Assembly: GCA_963777955.1 (NCBI GenBank)
Contig: CAVZSQ010000018.1
Span: 32,001-96,000 of the forward strand
Reading direction: 5' to 3'
Source of the DNA: Calditrichia bacterium
Lineage (GTDB): Bacteria; Calditrichota; Calditrichia; JAJRVZ01
DNA length: 64,000 nucleotides
Below are positions 12,680 to 22,785 of the stretch, in pieces. The translations under genes were made by a program, and so were the position numbers. Each line of letters begins with the position of its first letter. Position 1 is the stretch's first letter. The notes below the pieces were generated by a model that was not told the DNA's origin, did not search any database, and was given only the letters and a program-made list of their open reading frames with translations.

Positions 12680-14236
12680 GTGAAAGACCGTATTATTATT
12701 TTTGATACCACCCTGCGTGACGGAGAACAATCTCCGGGTGCTTCCTTGAATATTCAGGAAAAACTGGAAATAGCCCGGCAACTGGAAAAACTCAAGGTGG
12801 ATGTTATTGAGGCCGGGTTTCCGGTTTCCTCTCCTGCCCAGTTTGAAGCGGTGAAAAGAATAGCCGGAGAAGTAAATCTGGTCATTGCCGGACTGGCCCG
12901 GGCCAAAGAACTGGATATAAAAACTGCCTATGAGGCTATCCGGGAAGCGGAGAAAAAAAGAATACATACATTCATCGGCACATCTGATTTTCACATCATG
13001 GGCAAATTTGCCGATACCCGCTACGGCCGTACCCTGAAAGAAAAACGGCAGGCCATTCTGAAAATGGCCTGTGACGCGGTACAGTACGCAAAATCATTTT
13101 GCTCCGACGTTGAATTTTCTGCTGAAGATGCCGGCCGGACGCCGCTGGAATATTTGAATGAAGTGATCGAAGCAGCCATTGCCGCAGGAGCCACCACGAT
13201 TAATATACCGGACACCACCGGCTATACCTTGCCCTCCGAATTTGCCCGCAAGATAAAAATGATCAAGGAAGGGGTAAAAAATATCGACCGGGTGGTGATC
13301 AGCGTACATTGCCATAATGATTTGGGACTGGCCGTGGCTAACTCACTGGCGGCCATTGAAGCCGGAGCTGGGCAGGTAGAGTGCACCATTAACGGTATCG
13401 GTGAACGCGCGGGGAATGCATCGCTGGAAGAAATTGTAATGGCCTTAAAGGTACGTAAGGATTTATTGAAGTCTGACACGGGTATTAATACCAGAGAAAT
13501 TTATAATACCAGCCGGATGGTATCGGGTTTTACCGGTATCGTGGTCCAACCCAATAAAGCCATCGTGGGTGAAAATGCTTTTGCCCATGAATCGGGAATT
13601 CACCAGGATGGTATGTTGAAGAGCAGGGAAACGTATGAGATCATGACTCCCGATGCTGTGGGCATCAACAGGACGAAGATCGTGCTGGGCCGTCATTCCG
13701 GCCGTCATGGTTTGAAAGCACGTCTGGATGAACTGGGTTACAGTTTAAGCGACGCTGAATTGAATACGTTGTATACGCGTTTCACCGAGTTAGCCGATAA
13801 GAAGAAAGAAGTTTTCGATGATGATCTGCGCCTGCTGATGGGGGATGAAATCCTGAAAACAAGTTCGCATTACCGCCTCGAGCAGTTGCAGGTAAATGCC
13901 GGCAGCCACAGCATTCCGACAGCGACGGTTCGTATCGGTATAAAAGATTCAGTAGTCCAGGAATCTTCCGTCGGCGATGGTCCGGTGGATGCTGTATTTA
14001 ATGCCATCGACCGTGCTATTAAATCCAGCTATCAGGTCGAGAACTATCAGGTTCGCTCGGTGACATCGGGCCGGCAGGCCATGGGTGAAGTGCAGGTGCG
14101 GATCCGTTGCGGCGATCAGTTGTACAGTGGTCGCGGTGTATCTACCGATATCATCGAAGCCAGTGCCAAGGCCTATTTGCAGGCGATCAATCTGCATCAT
14201 CTGGAGCAGGGCACAGCAGCGACAAAGGCGAAATGA
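12680..14236 (+). CDS. leuA: 2-isopropylmalate synthase
   Basis: [37 protein letters not shown] regulatory domain. Confidence 0.95.
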   Translation: MKDRIIIFDTTLRDGEQSPGASLNIQEKLEIARQLEKLKVDVIEAGFPVSSPAQFEAVKRIAGEVNLVIAGLARAKELDIKTAYEAIREAEKKRIHTFIGTSDFHIMGKFADTRYGRTLKEKRQAILKMACDAVQYAKSFCSDVEFSAEDAGRTPLEYLNEVIEAAIAAGATTINIPDTTGYTLPSEFARKIKMIKEGVKNIDRVVISVHCHNDLGLAVANSLAAIEAGAGQVECTINGIGERAGNASLEEIVMALKVRKDLLKSDTGINTREIYNTSRMVSGFTGIVVQPNKAIVGENAFAHESGIHQDGMLKSRETYEIMTPDAVGINRTKIVLGRHSGRHGLKARLDELGYSLSDAELNTLYTRFTELADKKKEVFDDDLRLLMGDEILKTSSHYRLEQLQVNAGSHSIPTATVRIGIKDSVVQESSVGDGPVDAVFNAIDRAIKSSYQVENYQVRSVTSGRQAMGEVQVRIRCGDQLYSGRGVSTDIIEASAKAYLQAINLHHLEQGTAATKAK

Positions 14237-14269
14237 TCCGAGCAATCAGATAATACCGAGGAATTGACT

Positions 14270-15568
14270 ATGAGTATGACCATTACAGAAAAAATATTAG
14301 CCAAAGCAGCGCGAAAGAAGAAAGTTGCCCCGGGCGAGAACATCTGGATAAATGTGGATATCCTGATGACTCATGATGTCTGCGGTCCGCCGACAATTGA
14401 AATATGGCAGCGGGAATTTGGTGCGCAGGCCCGGGTGTGGGATAAAAACAAACTGGTAATTTTCCCGGACCATTATATTTTTACGGCAAATGCCCAGGCC
14501 AACCGGAACGTGGATCTGCTCAGGGAATTTGCCCGCGCCCATGAATTACCCCATTACTATGACGCCGGTACAGAACGGTACAAAGGTGTTTGTCATATCG
14601 CTCTGGCTGAAGAGGGGTATAATCTTCCCGGTACGGTTCTGTTTGGAACTGATTCCCATACCTGTACCTCAGGAGCATTCGGTCTGTTCTCGACCGGTGT
14701 CGGTAATACCGATGCGGCTTTTATCATGGGTACCGGGAAAATCTGGGAGAAAGTTCCGGAGTCGATTAAAGTAAACTTTACCGGGGAATTACCGCCGTAT
14801 CTCACGGCCAAGGATTTAATTCTGCAATTGCTTGGTGATCTTACCACCGATGGCGGCACTTACCGGGCTCTGGAATTTAGCGGTTCTGCCGTACAGGCGC
14901 TTGAGATGGAAGAGAGAATGACCCTGACTAATATGGCCATCGAGACCGGGGCGATGAATGGAATTATTGCCGCCGACGCAATTACCGAAAAATATCTCAG
15001 GGCCAGGACCAATGCCGGCTATGAATTGTTTTCCAGTGACAAGGATGCCCATTATATCCAGAGTTACCAATATGATGTGCAGAAAATGGAGCCGCTGGTG
15101 GCTAAACCACACAGCCCGGATAATCGCGACCTGGTGCGGAATGTGAAAGGGGTGGCGCTGCGGAAGTGTTATATCGGATCCTGCACCGGAGGAAAAATAT
15201 CCGATTTCAGAGCAGCGGCCCGGATACTGTTCAATCGTAAGGTCAGCGTTCCGACCTTTATCGTACCGGCGAGTACAGCTACTGCCGGAAAACTGGAAAC
15301 AGAATCTTTTCAAAAGATCAGTTTAAAACAGATATTCGAGCAGGCCGGATGTATCATCGCACCATCTTCCTGCGCCGCCTGTCTGGGCGGACCTGCCGAC
15401 ACCATCGGCCGGGCAATTGACCAGGATGTGGTCATTTCAACAACCAACCGGAATTTCCCGGGACGCATGGGCAGCAAAAAATCGGAAGTCTATCTGGCTT
15501 CACCATATACGGTGGCTGCCTCAGCCGTTAACGGTTGTATCACTGATCCGCGGGATTTTTTACAATAG
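14270..15568 (+). CDS. leuC: 3-isopropylmalate dehydratase large subunit
   Basis: TITEKIL, GTDSHTCT, GSCTGG, CAACLGG, STTNRNFPGRMG. Confidence 0.92.
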   Translation: MSMTITEKILAKAARKKKVAPGENIWINVDILMTHDVCGPPTIEIWQREFGAQARVWDKNKLVIFPDHYIFTANAQANRNVDLLREFARAHELPHYYDAGTERYKGVCHIALAEEGYNLPGTVLFGTDSHTCTSGAFGLFSTGVGNTDAAFIMGTGKIWEKVPESIKVNFTGELPPYLTAKDLILQLLGDLTTDGGTYRALEFSGSAVQALEMEERMTLTNMAIETGAMNGIIAADAITEKYLRARTNAGYELFSSDKDAHYIQSYQYDVQKMEPLVAKPHSPDNRDLVRNVKGVALRKCYIGSCTGGKISDFRAAARILFNRKVSVPTFIVPASTATAGKLETESFQKISLKQIFEQAGCIIAPSSCAACLGGPADTIGRAIDQDVVISTTNRNFPGRMGSKKSEVYLASPYTVAASAVNGCITDPRDFLQ

Positions 15569-15613
15569 TTAATTAAACAGCATTTAGTGATTTTAACGAG
15601 CACAGGAATTAAT

Positions 15614-16180
15614 ATGATCAAAACGATGCAGGGAAAAACGTACGTGCTGGGTAATAATATTGATACCGACCAGATTATTCCGGCCGAACACCTGGTCTAT
15701 AGTATGACCAATAAACAGGAGGCACGGCAGTACGGTCATTTTGCCCTTTCCGGTGTGCCCGCAGAAAAAGCCGGACTGCCGCGGGGGCATACTCCCTTCA
15801 TTATCGGGGATCAATACCACTCAGAGTATGCAATTATTGTGGCCGGAGCCAACTTCGGCTGCGGATCCTCGCGTGAACACGCCCCCTTTGCCTTGAATCA
15901 GGCCGGGATCAAAGCGGTTATCGCTGAATCCTATGCCAGAATATTTTACCGCAATGCGGTCGATGGCGGTTTTCTGATTCCGCTGGAAATTGCGGCCAAT
16001 CAGAATCACAGGATCAAAACCGGCGATTTACTGGAAATCGATCTGGAAAAATATATAATCCGCAATGGCACAGCTGGGCAAGAGTACAAATTAAAATTAC
16101 CCGGTGATGTACTGCCGATTATCGAAGCGGGTGGACTATTCCCATACGCCCGTCAGAGCAACTTGATTAAAAATAAATAG
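15614..16180 (+). CDS. leuD: 3-isopropylmalate dehydratase small subunit
   Basis: NIDTDQIIPA, NFGCGSSREHA, SYARIFYRN. Confidence 0.92.
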   Translation: MIKTMQGKTYVLGNNIDTDQIIPAEHLVYSMTNKQEARQYGHFALSGVPAEKAGLPRGHTPFIIGDQYHSEYAIIVAGANFGCGSSREHAPFALNQAGIKAVIAESYARIFYRNAVDGGFLIPLEIAANQNHRIKTGDLLEIDLEKYIIRNGTAGQEYKLKLPGDVLPIIEAGGLFPYARQSNLIKNK

Positions 16181-16198
16181 AACAGGTGGCACGATTTT

Positions 16199-17797
16199 AT
16201 GAAAACACAAAATTATATAGAAATATTTGATACCACCCTCCGCGACGGTACTCAGGGAGAAGGTGTCAATCTGTCGATCCATGACAAACTGCTGATCACG
16301 CAAAAACTGGATGAATTCGGAATCGATATCATCGAAGGAGGCTGGCCCGGCAGTAATCCCCGTGATGAAGCATATTTTCAAAAGGTCAAAGAATTGAAGC
16401 TGGAGCATGCCCGGATATGTGCTTTTGGCTCTACGGCCCGCTACCCCAATCAGGTTAAAAGCGATGCCAACATCGAGGCCTTGCTCACCTCCGAAACTCC
16501 GGTTATCTCGATCTTCGGTAAAACCTGGCGCCTGCATTCTCAAACAGGCCTTGGTCTGAGCGATACGGAAAATGAAGATTTAATCTATAAATCCGTTCTC
16601 TATCTGCGAGAGAAAGGACGGCGGATTATCTATGATGCTGAACATTTTTTTGATGGTTACAAAGACGATCCGGTATTTGCCGTACGGATGCTGAAAGCAG
16701 CGGAAAAAGCTGGTGCCGATATACTGGTGCTTTGCGATACCAATGGCGGATGTTTGCCGTACGAAGTTCAGCGGATAATGGAAGAAGTACAAACACAGGT
16801 TCAGGCGCCGCTGGGTATTCATGCTCATAATGATGGCGGTGTAGCCGTGGCTAATTCTCTAATGGCCATAGCCGCCGGCGCGGTGCAGGTGCAGGGAACA
16901 ATTAACGGAGTAGGGGAAAGATGCGGTAATGCCAATCTCTCCAGCGTATTGCCTAATTTATTTTTAAAAATGGGCAAGAGCGTTCATCCCCGGATCAATC
17001 TGGATCACCTGACTTCACTGTCGCATTTTGTGTATGAGGTGATGAACATGGTTCCCAATAGCCGCGATCCTTATGTAGGGAAATCGGCTTTCACGCACAA
17101 GGGTGGAATTCATGTCAGTTCAATCCTTAAAGACAACCGGATGTATGAACATGTACCACCGGAAACTGTGGGCAATCGACAGCATGTTATCATCTCCGAT
17201 CTGTCCGGTCAGAGTAATATCCGCTATAAGGCGCAGGAATTAGGTATTCATTTACCGCCCGGAAAAGAGTTCAGTGCTCAATTTGTCAAGCAGGTCAAAT
17301 CCCTGGAGTACGAAGGATTTCAGTTCGACGGTGCCGAAGCTTCATTTGAATTATTATTACTGTCCGAGTTGAAAGAGTTCGAACCATTCTTTGTAGTGAC
17401 TTATGCCAAGTCCAACGTCATGTTCAACGAGCATGGTCATAAATATGCCGAGGCCGTGCTGAAGGTCAAAGTCGGTGACGAAATTGAGCATACAGCTGAT
17501 GACGGCAATGGACCGGTGAATGCGCTGGATAAAGCGCTGCGCAAAGCACTGATCCGCTTTTATCCGGAAGTCAGGTTGATTCAACTGGTGGATTATAAGG
17601 TTCGTGTACTGGGTGAAAAAAATGGCACAGCAGCCCAGGTACGTGTACTGGTGGAATCCAGCGACGGTGAAAGTTCCTGGTCGACTGTAGGCGTGTCACA
17701 TGATATTATCGAAGCGAGTTTACAGGCGCTAAGCGACAGTCTGAATTATAAAATATATAAAATAATGAAACAGCAAAAGACTGCAGTTAAACAGTAA
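16199..17797 (+). CDS. cimA: Citramalate synthase
   Basis: DTTLRDGTQGEG, GGWPGSNP, YDAEHFFDG, HKGGIH, DYKVRVL, WSTVGVS. Confidence 0.9.
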   Translation: MKTQNYIEIFDTTLRDGTQGEGVNLSIHDKLLITQKLDEFGIDIIEGGWPGSNPRDEAYFQKVKELKLEHARICAFGSTARYPNQVKSDANIEALLTSETPVISIFGKTWRLHSQTGLGLSDTENEDLIYKSVLYLREKGRRIIYDAEHFFDGYKDDPVFAVRMLKAAEKAGADILVLCDTNGGCLPYEVQRIMEEVQTQVQAPLGIHAHNDGGVAVANSLMAIAAGAVQVQGTINGVGERCGNANLSSVLPNLFLKMGKSVHPRINLDHLTSLSHFVYEVMNMVPNSRDPYVGKSAFTHKGGIHVSSILKDNRMYEHVPPETVGNRQHVIISDLSGQSNIRYKAQELGIHLPPGKEFSAQFVKQVKSLEYEGFQFDGAEASFELLLLSELKEFEPFFVVTYAKSNVMFNEHGHKYAEAVLKVKVGDEIEHTADDGNGPVNALDKALRKALIRFYPEVRLIQLVDYKVRVLGEKNGTAAQVRVLVESSDGESSWSTVGVSHDIIEASLQALSDSLNYKIYKIMKQQKTAVKQ

Positions 17798-17813
17798 AGG
17801 CAAACGGTATTTA

Positions 17814-18122
17814 TTATTCTACAACATTAAAAATTTCACGGTGGCCGTTCACTATCAAAGGCAACACTTTCTGGTACCAGGTTTTCCACTCCGGATTGGA
17901 CATGGCAGACCTGGCACTTTCTTCGAAATCAGTTAAAGAGTCGTAGGTAGATTCCAGTACCAGCGTGTAATATGTGGGTCCGACTAAATCTGTCAAAATG
18001 CGCGAGGAACGCATCAGACCACCACCTGTTTTGCGTTCCAGGGTCAGTCCTTCCTTCCACAGGTTGACTGCTTCTTTGACCCTGCCGAATTGTACCTGGA
18101 ATATATCACGTACCTGAATCAT
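17814..18122 (-). CDS. Small hypothetical protein, NIPSNAP-like dimeric alpha+beta barrel
   Basis: 102-aa ORF with AGGAG RBS; RILTDLVG.YYTLVLE and W..WY...GHREIF pattern. Confidence 0.6.
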   Translation of the reverse strand: MIQVRDIFQVQFGRVKEAVNLWKEGLTLERKTGGGLMRSSRILTDLVGPTYYTLVLESTYDSLTDFEESARSAMSNPEWKTWYQKVLPLIVNGHREIFNVVE

Positions 18123-18303
18123 TTTTTTCTCCTTATATGATTTTTAATTTTAAACTAAGGATTGGTGCTAAAATATTTCTTAAATGTAAAAAATAATATA
18201 ATATTGAATATAAATATTAAATATTGTGCAAATATTATTACTGGACTTTTATTAAAAATATTCAGATTTTTATATTGGAAAAATTAAACTGGGAGCAGGC
18301 GCT

Positions 18304-19200
18304 ATGACCCCTGCAGCCCGTCAGTCCGGACGGCGGTATTTCACCCGGGCATTAAGAATACTTTATGTGATTACCCTGCTGAGCTTTGGATATTTCTTAA
18401 TCACAGGTATAAGTTTTTATCTGATCCCCTTGAATGAGCGTCCCCATCATGAGTTGTTCAGATACCTTAAACCGGGCGGTCTGCGCAGCCACGGTCTGGG
18501 AATCACCGGATCACTGATGCTGGTCCTTTTACTCCTTTATTCACTGCGCAAACGCTGGAGCTACATGCGCAGCATGGGGTCGCTGAGCAACTGGCTGAAT
18601 GTGCATATTTTTTTTGGTATTTGCGGTCCGCTTTTTATCATTTTGCACAGCACCTTGAAGTTAAACGGCCTGGTTGCCGTGGCCTTCTGGGCTATGCTGG
18701 CCGTGGCGCTTAGTGGTGTTTTAGGCCGCTATCTCTACCTGCAGATCCCGCGCAATATTATGGGACATGAGCTTTCACTGCAGGAAGTGGAGGAGTTAAA
18801 TAAAAATCTTACCATGCAACTTCAGCAAAAATTTGGATTAGACACCCGGGAGATACAAAGCATCGAAGCAGAATTCATAAATACAAAAACCGGGACTCAT
18901 GGTGCAGGACTTTTACTGTTAGATTTACTGGCCGGTGATCTGAAACGGTTTTCAAAAAGTAAGCGAATTAAAAAACAATTGATCAGCCAGTACCATCTAC
19001 CCGCACATGACACCGCTGAATTGTTAAGACTGCTTAAACAGCAGGCACAAATCAGCCGCCGGATCATGCTGTGGAATAAAATTCATCAGTTATTCCATTA
19101 CTGGCACGTCTTTCATAAACCGTTCGCGCTGATCATGTACGTCATCATGATCATTCACATCGGAATCGCTCTATGGCTGGGATATCGCTGGATTTTTTAA
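18304..19200 (+). CDS. Polytopic inner-membrane protein with spaced histidines (ferric-reductase/cytochrome b-like)
   Basis: About 5-6 hydrophobic segments; His in SHGLG, WLNVHIFFG, IILHS, YWHVFHKP, IIHIG; overlaps the start of a multiheme cytochrome gene. Confidence 0.7.
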   Translation: MTPAARQSGRRYFTRALRILYVITLLSFGYFLITGISFYLIPLNERPHHELFRYLKPGGLRSHGLGITGSLMLVLLLLYSLRKRWSYMRSMGSLSNWLNVHIFFGICGPLFIILHSTLKLNGLVAVAFWAMLAVALSGVLGRYLYLQIPRNIMGHELSLQEVEELNKNLTMQLQQKFGLDTREIQSIEAEFINTKTGTHGAGLLLLDLLAGDLKRFSKSKRIKKQLISQYHLPAHDTAELLRLLKQQAQISRRIMLWNKIHQLFHYWHVFHKPFALIMYVIMIIHIGIALWLGYRWIF

Positions 19201-20915
19201 AAAGGATCAGGACTTGCTTAGAATTGAAATCAGCCGGCAGTTGGCTGGTTTTATTTTTCGCTTTGTATGCTCTGCCTGCATATGCTCAATTATCGCCCGG
19301 AGAATTGCAGCAAAGTCATGCGAATCTGGAAGGGATTGAAAACTGTACCCGCTGTCACGAAAGAGGCCAGCAGTTAAATCCACAGAGATGCCTTAATTGT
19401 CACACTGTATTATATGACCGGATTAAAAAAAATCAGGGCCTGCATTCCAGGGCGGAATACAAATCATGCGGAAACTGCCATATCGAACACCAGGGACGCA
19501 CAACTGCTCTTATTTTCTGGCCAAATGGCCAGGACAAGTTTGACCACCAGTTGACCGGTTATCCCTTACAGGGGAAACATGCCGCATTGCAGTGTCGTTC
19601 CTGTCATACCAGCGGCCATATCGAAGAGATCGATCGGTTGCGGCAACAGAAGATCGATCCCGATCGGACCTTTCTGGGATTGACACAGGAATGTCTGTCC
19701 TGTCACCGTGATGAACACCGCGGCCAGTTACAAAAAGACTGCCTGAAATGTCATACGCTGGCCGGCTGGTCTCCTGCCACGGGATTTGATCATGCCCGGA
19801 CAGATTTTGCACTCAGCGGACTTCATCAACAGGTTGTCTGCGTGAAATGTCATCAGCGTATACAGGATAGTAAATTTCCTGGTGATACTGACTTTCTCAG
19901 GTTCACCGGTCTGGAATATGATGCCTGTAAGCGTTGTCACCGCGATGTTCATCAGAATAAATTTGGCAATGAATGTCAAAGATGTCATTCAACCTCCGGC
20001 TGGAAAAATGTTTCATTAACTCAGTTCAATCATGATAGTACTGATTTCGCCTTGCGCGGTCGTCATGCCTCGGTACCATGTCAGCAATGCCATCTGCCGG
20101 GTAAACCATTAAAGATTAGCCGCTACACCCGCTGCAGCGATTGCCATAGCGATTATCACCAGGGACAGTTTGCCAGCCGGGATCGACAGGGCGCCTGCGA
20201 GGAATGCCATACGGTGGCAGGTTTTCAACCGGCAAATTTTACAGTTACCGATCACCAGAAAACCGCCTATACCCTGGCCGGGGCCCATCTGGCCGTTCCC
20301 TGCAATCTTTGCCATAAAAAAATAGTTAATGATCATGGTGGGCAGTCGATTCAATTCAGATTTGCTTCCACGAACTGCCAGTCCTGTCATACTGATATCC
20401 ATCAGGGCACAGTCGCTGAGTATTTAAACAAAATATCTTCTCAAACTGGACTAAGCGGTTGTGAATATTGTCATACGGTGCTCAGCTGGAAAACAGTAAA
20501 CTATGACCACAGTCAAACCGGTTTTACCCTGACCGGCAGACATCTGGCTGTAACCTGCAACCGGTGCCATCAGCCACGTAATAATGAAAATCGCCCGGAG
20601 CAGATTTCATTCAAATCGCTTTCAGCGCAGTGCGCCAACTGTCATCAGGATATTCATCTGGGACAATTTAATGCGGATGTCTCCGGCCATGTACCATGTC
20701 AAAAATGCCATACACCTGCGGATTGGCGCAGCCTGCAATTCGATCATAACCGGGATTCACGTTTCCCGCTGCAAGGTGCTCATCAGGCCGTAGCCTGTGA
20801 CCGTTGCCATCCGACCGCGATAACAGCTGACCGGAAATATATTCGCTATAAACCACTGGATAGCAGTTGTAAGACCTGCCATAGCCAGAGAAAAATCCAG
20901 AATAAAAATAATTAA
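19173..20915 (+). CDS. Exported multiheme c-type cytochrome, 20 CxxCH motifs
   Basis: 20 CxxCH counted by eye; signal peptide ending AYA-Q; repeating FDH..T.(F/Y).L.G.H module; exact start uncertain. Confidence 0.92.
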   Translation: MAGISLDFLKRIRTCLELKSAGSWLVLFFALYALPAYAQLSPGELQQSHANLEGIENCTRCHERGQQLNPQRCLNCHTVLYDRIKKNQGLHSRAEYKSCGNCHIEHQGRTTALIFWPNGQDKFDHQLTGYPLQGKHAALQCRSCHTSGHIEEIDRLRQQKIDPDRTFLGLTQECLSCHRDEHRGQLQKDCLKCHTLAGWSPATGFDHARTDFALSGLHQQVVCVKCHQRIQDSKFPGDTDFLRFTGLEYDACKRCHRDVHQNKFGNECQRCHSTSGWKNVSLTQFNHDSTDFALRGRHASVPCQQCHLPGKPLKISRYTRCSDCHSDYHQGQFASRDRQGACEECHTVAGFQPANFTVTDHQKTAYTLAGAHLAVPCNLCHKKIVNDHGGQSIQFRFASTNCQSCHTDIHQGTVAEYLNKISSQTGLSGCEYCHTVLSWKTVNYDHSQTGFTLTGRHLAVTCNRCHQPRNNENRPEQISFKSLSAQCANCHQDIHLGQFNADVSGHVPCQKCHTPADWRSLQFDHNRDSRFPLQGAHQAVACDRCHPTAITADRKYIRYKPLDSSCKTCHSQRKIQNKNN

Positions 20916-21007
20916 TTTTTGAATGGGTATGTATTTTTGTATTCCTTTTATATAAAGGAATTATAATATCTAGAAACAACAAAAAGCGAAAGGGGAGTTT
21001 AAATAAG

Positions 21008-22669
21008 ATGTGTTCAGTCCTGGGAATATTTAATTTCAATTCAAAATTAAAAGGTTTACGCAAGCAGGCTTTGAAAATGTCACGGCTGCAGAGACACCGC
21101 GGACCGGATTGGTCTGGTATCTATGTTGCTGAAAATGCCATCCTGGTACATGAGCGGTTGTCCATAGTGGATGTCGAAAGCGGTGCGCAGCCTTTAATTG
21201 ACAAGGATCAGACGGTCGCTCTGGCGGTAAACGGTGAAATTTATAATCATAAAGAGCTGGAAGCCGGATTGAAAATTAGCTATGAATTTCAAACCGGTTC
21301 CGACTGCGAAGTTATCATCCCGCTTTATAAAGAAAAAGGTCAAGACTTTATTGACGACCTGAATGGTATTTTTGCTTTCGTACTTTACGATATTGCAAAA
21401 AATACGTATCTGATTGCCCGCGACCACATGGGTATCTGTCCGCTGTTCACCGGTAATGACGAAAACGGCAATTTTTATGTGGCCTCGGAAATGAAAGCGC
21501 TGGTCGAAGTCTGCAATAAAATAGATGTCTTTCCGCCGGGAAGTTATTTAAGCAGTGAGCAGGGTGAAATCAGGAAATTTTACTCCCGCAATTGGCGTGG
21601 CTATTCAGCCGGGCAACAGCAAGAATTCGAACCGGCACGATTACGATCGGTACTGGAAGCGGCAGTCCACCGGCAACTGATGTCGGATGTGCCCTATGGA
21701 GTACTCCTGTCCGGAGGCCTGGATTCTTCCATTATTGCTGCCATTGCGGCTAAATATGCAGCCAAGCGGATCGAAACCAACGATGCGCAGCAAGCCTGGT
21801 GGCCGCGCCTGCACACCTTTGCCATCGGTCTGACCGGATCACCCGACCTGGCTGCAGCCCGTGAAGTAGCAAAATATATCGACTCGGTCCATCATGAATT
21901 TAATTATACAATCAGCGAAGGGCTGGATGCGCTGCCCGATGTGATCTATCATATCGAAAGTTATGATGTCACTACAGTCCGGGCTTCGACCCCGATGTAT
22001 CTGATGGCCAGGAAGATTAAAGCCATGGGCGTCAAGATGGTGTTATCGGGCGAGGGCAGCGATGAGATCTTCGGCGGTTATCTTTATTTTCACAAAGCAC
22101 CGGACCCGCAGGCATTTCATGAGGAGACGGTGCGGAAGTTGGATCGTTTGCATCTCTATGACTGCCTGCGGGCCAATAAATCGATGGCCGCCTGGGGAGT
22201 GGAAGCACGGGTTCCCTTCCTGGACAAAGAGGTTATTGACCTGGTTATGAGTATCGATGCGAAGTTTAAAATGTGCGGTAAAGGTAAAATTGAAAAACAA
22301 ATTTTACGGGAAACCTTCGCCGATATTTTACCGGCCAGCGTGGTTAAGCGCCAAAAAGAACAATTCTCTGACGGGGTGGGATATTCCTGGATCGATTCGC
22401 TGAAAGAACTTGCCGGTAAAGAGATCAGCGATCAAATGATGCAAAATGCAAAATATAAGTTCCCGGTCAACACGCCCCAGAGTAAGGAAGAATATTATTA
22501 CCGTCGTATTTTTGCCGAGCATTTTCCGGATCAGATAGTCGCATCATGTGTTATGGGCGGGCCCTCGGTGGCCTGCAGTACCCCCGAAGCACTGGAATGG
22601 GATAAAAAATTCAAGATCATCGATCCTTCCGGCAGAGCGGTGCAGGACATCCACAGCGATGCATACTAG
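21008..22669 (+). CDS. asnB: Asparagine synthetase B (glutamine-hydrolysing)
   Basis: N-terminal MC, HRGPD, NGEIYNH, LSGGLDSS, GEGSDEIFGGY, RQKEQFSDGVG. Confidence 0.96.
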   Translation: MCSVLGIFNFNSKLKGLRKQALKMSRLQRHRGPDWSGIYVAENAILVHERLSIVDVESGAQPLIDKDQTVALAVNGEIYNHKELEAGLKISYEFQTGSDCEVIIPLYKEKGQDFIDDLNGIFAFVLYDIAKNTYLIARDHMGICPLFTGNDENGNFYVASEMKALVEVCNKIDVFPPGSYLSSEQGEIRKFYSRNWRGYSAGQQQEFEPARLRSVLEAAVHRQLMSDVPYGVLLSGGLDSSIIAAIAAKYAAKRIETNDAQQAWWPRLHTFAIGLTGSPDLAAAREVAKYIDSVHHEFNYTISEGLDALPDVIYHIESYDVTTVRASTPMYLMARKIKAMGVKMVLSGEGSDEIFGGYLYFHKAPDPQAFHEETVRKLDRLHLYDCLRANKSMAAWGVEARVPFLDKEVIDLVMSIDAKFKMCGKGKIEKQILRETFADILPASVVKRQKEQFSDGVGYSWIDSLKELAGKEISDQMMQNAKYKFPVNTPQSKEEYYYRRIFAEHFPDQIVASCVMGGPSVACSTPEALEWDKKFKIIDPSGRAVQDIHSDAY

Positions 22670-22785
22670 TCAAGCCTCTATTACTTATTTTTTCGGCGGT
22701 TTGGTTGATATATATACGCTTTTGAAGTATCTTGACCGGTCACAGAAAGACTAAACAAGTTTGATATTAATGCGGGGGAAGTATT

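Noticed and set aside
16187..16201. TGGCACG upstream of cimA as a sigma-54 promoter
   Set aside because: No -12 element at the right spacing, and it overlaps the RBS/start inside an operon
6704..17584. Many short minus-strand ORFs within the ilv-leu operon, and similar shadow ORFs elsewhere
   Set aside because: They lie antisense to well-supported genes and have no recognisable motifs
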